25,897 bases of DNA, taken from positions 1 through 25,897 of IMG/VR virus record IMGVR_UViG_3300049810_001502; one strand, 5' to 3'. Positions 23,901 through 25,897 of the stretch are shown piece after piece; the stretch's first letter is position 1; the number at the start of each line of letters is the position of its first letter. The notes beneath the pieces are model-generated. The model worked only from the letters and a program-made list of their open reading frames with translations. It ran no database searches and was not told where the DNA came from. Position numbers and translations under genes: made by a program. Source of the stretch: a virus. Its lineage: Duplodnaviria; Caudoviricetes.

Positions 23901-25897
23901 ATCTCTTCTACACTTACTCGCACCTGTCAGTAAATCTCTTTCTGTAGGAGTAACATAGTTTGCGTTATTTGAATTAGTAATACTATCATTATTACCGTCA
24001 CTAATACATTGAGTTACAATTGATGTTAGAGATGCAATGGCATTTTGTACATCAGCACAAGCAGTAGCAACAACATTAGAAACATCACCGTTTCCATCTC
24101 CATATATCGACTCACCAGTAGAAACGGTAAGGTCTTGATATCCAGAACTCAATTGGTTAGATACAGCATCTTGTAGATAGTCTCTAGCAGCATTGTATGC
24201 GGCAATACTTTGTAGTTCTTCACCCTGTAGTCCACCAGTGATCCATTGACCTGTACCATCAAAGTATTTGTCAATAAACGTTCTGCTCCATAAGTTACCA
24301 CCAAGGAAAACATCCATCGCTACAGCATCGATGAAATATCCAATATCTCTCTTACACTTATCAGGTCCACCAGGGAAGACGAACGATGGATATAAAGTAG
24401 AGACCTGACCAATAGCATAGTTTTGGGCATCCTCTTTGTTTCTTCTAACTAAACGATATGCTGTCTTAAATCTGGATTTAGCAGTTTCAACAGGATCTCC
24501 AGGGAAAGAGAAGAATGGAGCTTCATCGTAAACAGCAATTTCAGCAAGAGCATTATCAATGATATACTCTTTGTTTTGTGTAATTAAATTGTATGTGGTC
24601 TTATATCTCTTAGCATCTTTAATTGCGAGGTCAATGGTTACACCATTCGTGGTGTCTCCATCATTCTCTGCTTGAGATCCTGTCTTACCAGAAGTAATAC
24701 TACCACATGGAAGATTACTATAGAAATTATAAGGACTGTCTGCGAAAGGAACAGGATCATATAGATTTGCTTTTACACTTAGCAAGTTAGCTACTGCTTG
24801 CTTACACAGATCACGAGCTCTTCTAAATGCCCAAAGTAGATTTTCTTCTTCACCAGCTAATACTCCAGTAAGTGTTGTGTCATTAGCAAAGAATCCTTGT
24901 ACAGCAGCAACTGTATTATAGTTACCACCATCTCTTAAATCTTCTGCTACAGCATCAACAATAGTGCCAACATCGTTAAAACTAACAGCAGAACCACTAG
25001 GACTAAAGACTCCCAAAGAAGCAATAGTCTCATTAATAATATTCTGTCTGTTAGCAATAATTAGATTGCGAGCATCAAAATAACGGTTCGCATTAGGATC
25101 TCTTCCAGGATTAACATAAGAAATATCCTGAAGTCTTGGATACTTTTCAATGATATATCCAAAGACTTCCTCTTGGATCATCTTACGGTTGCTTTCAATT
25201 AAGTTAGCAGCATCTGCATAGATGTTATTGATAGCAAATCCAGATGGATTTAGAATTTGAGGAGCAGCAATATACTTAACAAAACCAGTTGGTTCTAATG
25301 TTGCGTTAAACTCTTCAGTTCCACCAGCAACTGCTGGATCTAGTTTAACATATAGTTTTTCTCCAGACTTAGAACCAAGTCTATACCCACCAATAGATAC
25401 AGCAGGGCGATTTAGTGGACTGGTAATGTCTTCACTACCAAGGAATAATTTAGTATAGTTGTTAGTATCTTGAGTTGTTCCAGAAATATCAATAGTATAG
25501 TATTGAGTTCTCTTGATATTAGCAGCACCACTATCAACTGCTTCAGGTGGAATGATGTCAGTAATGAAACCACCCTTATCTTGGTTAAAGGCGAAACCTT
25601 TGAAACCAATAGCATGAAGTGATGTATTACCAAAGTTGGAGTTTGAGTTCGTGATGGACATATCACCACCACTTTCCATTAGGAAGTGATCAGCAAAACC
25701 AACAGCGAAGATAGAAACGTTCTGGATGAATGCATCTTCTGATGCTTTAACGTGGAAGGTTCTCCAGTCATCCTTCCAATAAGAATCGCCCTTAGCGTGA
25801 TAAGGAACAGTCGCAAACGCATCAGTTAGTGATGCTTGGTTCCAGGTGTTAGAATACTCATCATAACGGATGAATGCTCTGTCATCTTTCTGAAGCG
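14976..25897 (-). CDS. Giant virion structural / long fibre protein (>3,639 aa, 5'-truncated by the window)
   Basis: The frame stays open upstream of the listed Met to the window end (LQKDDRAFIRYDEYSNTWNQ...FIQNVSIFAVGFADHFL-MESGGD). Contains helical Cys repeats, beta-rich shaft repeats and a C-terminal LP..P..GD.V.IID...LVY...GW domain. Confidence 0.9.
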   Translation of the reverse strand, partial: LQKDDRAFIRYDEYSNTWNQASLTDAFATVPYHAKGDSYWKDDWRTFHVKASEDAFIQNVSIFAVGFADHFLMESGGDMSITNSNSNFGNTSLHAIGFKGFAFNQDKGGFITDIIPPEAVDSGAANIKRTQYYTIDISGTTQDTNNYTKLFLGSEDITSPLNRPAVSIGGYRLGSKSGEKLYVKLDPAVAGGTEEFNATLEPTGFVKYIAAPQILNPSGFAINNIYADAANLIESNRKMIQEEVFGYIIEKYPRLQDISYVNPGRDPNANRYFDARNLIIANRQNIINETIASLGVFSPSGSAVSFNDVGTIVDAVAEDLRDGGNYNTVAAVQGFFANDTTLTGVLAGEEENLLWAFRRARDLCKQAVANLLSVKANLYDPVPFADSPYNFYSNLPCGSITSGKTGSQAENDGDTTNGVTIDLAIKDAKRYKTTYNLITQNKEYIIDNALAEIAVYDEAPFFSFPGDPVETAKSRFKTAYRLVRRNKEDAQNYAIGQVSTLYPSFVFPGGPDKCKRDIGYFIDAVAMDVFLGGNLWSRTFIDKYFDGTGQWITGGLQGEELQSIAAYNAARDYLQDAVSNQLSSGYQDLTVSTGESIYGDGNGDVSNVVATACADVQNAIASLTSIVTQCISDGNNDSITNSNNANYVTPTERDLLTGASKCRRDIGHIVDAIRQDLWFGGNAYSIAMAKTYYNRFGGPISTGLAGEESPSITAFKRAADAINLAINNQLYYKDSTVTLDQVGDPPIVSDMNADAYNLVLANKKFIAKQAYETMKESYPSYTPQADNTEQDCLDDVYNVLEEVMYDVKFGGNAKTYDSAEIYVTNVMPYFGLSKQRKNFTPTSVSYDPATGLSVFTIPGHDMTTGGYIRVDTGSVIFTCAMDNNQTQHASPSSDDPYAGQWMEITTVDSSTVTVNVGASSANQSFNPTNAVYNSTTGDMEITIGNHSLSVSEGVILANNSFTFTCDQDSNQTQHTYPRLGQDPLAGKSIPITATTATTITVNVGNAGSAAGVPHTFVSAAAGAVQHNPQSAHTFVSAANNCVSYGVAAATFLDPERDEAAAVFTAAKNLIADVLRNISITPKPANLETQVIDNNIVTDWDTPACADAINATTSNLDTIIQAIGTDVGVGNLIGISRTAPNQPNTSSVFPQPGGYVAGNCSDVVSTVNTLVEIICDTTAAGNLDSLPPLDQGEWDCANVRGSIETLFDIADDAFSVTSLTTLPVVTRGGFTTDAEQSKCYRDVSYIVDAVVNDLRLGGNINSVQAGEAYYVGNNLTYIDGEKTETLDAWNYVGQVATAAMRNFDVWVEGCSTTAGSAIVEVNDTRGIIIGMRVAEYNSNNIVDGLLTPGSPQVSSTIQENAFVKRIVSSTEIEIGVQNSRLDFGNTINAQQTNTNGLGLYFTFEKGQWADTLPKTVIVGPAGSVPTPDVLVDTTPGIECSGTADAITTLIGNITTVINSGVGSVDREEQTASVSLFASRATVFTINTSGVGASNPHNFETGTPVRLVPRPRFDVASGKYVEVDKRLVRLPNGFETNKTYYVIAPGRRTSPEDYSTTTFFNGSDQTKLMLATSRENAATGIYIYASESESIDANVEIDIYQFVLDEKYDLHTYKAKLTNTVNAGIETEVSHIFDVPFSSVTPHEVFIRAFDGEVLPDVSTTYANDSDVAVTDVSDANFGKINPNKSFFARYQNDRVFTIHKTHADAINNVFPITFTSGQSAGFRIFSNKRRSPVKYDPGFGNGLVTTGKWFVNCKDEGSSTIDQAIRDENIFWRIKQQDLSDRPRSTDMWFTRLEDEREANDRTYKLRYVIPKYLENARDPINGFVIKTRTDDTRKLVPQKLLLKPVAGTVYGARFRNPVQPAEFIGFTDSDFSTAGLNTDFAYDPYAKDQTGQGIEYRAFAKFSSGIQATIQSGRYVEDQLDPTINYLELTVFDHGIDTLNFSGLRNESFTTVQINAPQGGSFVVNKTASITANQIEWTGNSSGLANIHAYYTIGGLHYLILKNIRGGKLEYSEYTNTRFTQGSVFADMLNDQDFGKSLPLKTLIAKKYPQYYYKQNGANVYTITPGDRIQDDAGIEYYVESVEDAGIIEDTFYVFSYETLQRRIAGQQDGIYYLSCLRGNISPFPTGAGVAENFKKFNFSQPVSGLYPLNYKNDPLWFQKAGTSTQELNLASQLLDPPATISAADNYVHGLVTTNDYKNSVTKELVQDLVLQPAFVNNTYSTGNNQLQAQTGNATSGSEDRRIAISGDSTVVSDQRYYVELRRPSIARAGNHTFEYLGFGPGNYSTGLPARQEIVLSPTEDFYAQSKKEDAGIVFYTGLNSNGDLYIGNRKINAITGEETFLERAVLADSEDDNEDIGNLVTSFDTPVTFNQNITVVGGDGSQQNVFQSPLIVSVQDNDLTEVRDSFTVRSNVSSVDPVTLDEQDETLDRTNFQPPNSGDVRISKNRVDAAVFGFNARGMGQKYQIQTHITSGVPSNITPNNSATIASGGSRLLSSQFVDYSGVAAKPGDILLKGKQVGRTGSLGWVYANYFAQIPTNNIFSIEFDGTNLVKLTFKDEFGVDVTNAGIGITSGSQIRVRNYSDSNLNSTWTIFSPNGDAFSPTNNYVHFQIYTNVNISTLSWRGTGGVTDVAPGVPVPSVDFSNSNWKEYGVVGGEVLRANTEVIGDYKLGINTIARSAHDDCLDAFSSDQVLPRANLDIVGTTFVSGKKINSYLTESSIIKTETNVDDAFLVGGDSDNPSDNATFRVMTTNNGRVGINTAVNDTINPYKSLDKTFVVVGDARIHENLEITGDLEVNDGDITTTNNAFNFVNQNANILNWAGEGQILNLLNNTSSNQTINIANSSGNINTLIGESATNGTLKVLRNTQSAVLDIATVANDVASTCNITLGGAWATQADTSSFVKIETFYTGLAGNLEIGTGYGAGTSSSRLFTQTRVANLFDGDQTNTVNLATNATTFTLGSTGGTTTIRNTLNVLASAIVEGNIRLDGGLNAGIIEVVRGRFGTNIVGHQVGGVDNPNIDFYKYQTTGRYIDTAGVSSWGSNTFLVSGGQIAAIDNIVNNGSTSRTPGTYNFLEGTSDGAGIGANFTVLVRFDFTIDITIESPGEGYANDETITITDSQLGGGGGGDLTFQVNGVNSVGNNYYLPITTPSITDFKVGDLILVDRGSSFSPDSVGSGANIVTGLRDESQSEIVRIVGIANVANPSDINGYRLIVSRGQEGTNLGTNHPDGCLLAKLDKQSNASYITGSDLNNDGQLDEPLSGIGNGTGNVRIGIAEFGGTLTTADLIRLSKSEFVAIESLVSTSPQSLIVNDGGDPAVDVFRVESTTGDTIILGDVGVGVGFSKFTIDSVTGDTTVAGTLTTENTLTINGSTIVNQQFFTITDGGAGGVPARTTLEVDTATGDLTINGGDMNFFGTDGTTPRLTFDNSSGDFAVYGSFSALGTGVSTFGGSLDIDGGINLEFQEGIGRTALDSKFEITNTDGDSIFQVSDNGSLKIAKIENYITDTGGRKWVYIGDTAETLDANVNYFVNCTGNTLLRLPPDPQMGDMVRIIDISGSLTYNQTMIVRAYDNTKVQGEISNTGQSLTSGVQSIEFAGWGGGELVVQTPNASFGLVYAGISAPGGQPGVPSSLAGWYLMDV
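21522..25214 (-). repeat. Five nested helical repeats (phycobiliprotein/globin-like motifs) in the giant protein
   Basis: Five copies each of four motifs: A..L...N+..I, (C).(R/N/D)D....DA...D...GGN, (G)EE....AF..A, and C..V...I..L..I. Confidence 0.8.

Noticed and set aside
157-25672. Other short ORFs in the track on either strand
   Set aside because: All lie within long, motif-supported minus-strand genes and show no recognisable motifs.
25677-25679. Listed start codon of the giant ORF
   Set aside because: The frame is open for 72 more codons to the window edge with protein-like sequence, so this Met is internal.
1-25897. tRNA, rRNA, intron, intein, mobile element or terminator
   Set aside because: There is almost no intergenic space and no recognisable motifs or hairpin-plus-U tract were seen by eye. 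Computational scans were not possible.

Overview
This AT-rich, fully coding window has all credible genes on the minus strand. It looks like the late virion/tail-fibre region of a large T4-like myovirus, most likely a marine cyanophage (inferred from gene content and an ATAAATA late-promoter motif). In transcription order: a giant virion protein (>3,639 aa, start outside the window), two tail-collar proteins (432 and 295 aa), two paralogous modular adhesin-like proteins (495 and 1,859 aa), then after a late promoter a 980-aa Ig-repeat/tail-collar fibre, three Fe(II)/2-oxoglutarate dioxygenases with a tail-fibre-chaperone-like gene among them, and a truncated hypothetical gene. Three observations stand out. 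(1) The giant protein holds five helical domains whose motifs resemble phycobiliproteins, including counterparts of both bilin-attachment cysteines (KCxRD...GG and a beta-155-like Cys helix). (2) These five domains are nested inside one another like balanced brackets. (3) An Ig-like repeat is split between genes: three N-terminal halves sit in the 495- and 1,859-aa proteins and the matching C-terminal half starts the 980-aa fibre, suggesting a plug-and-socket adhesin system. All family assignments were made by eye from motifs; no searches were run.
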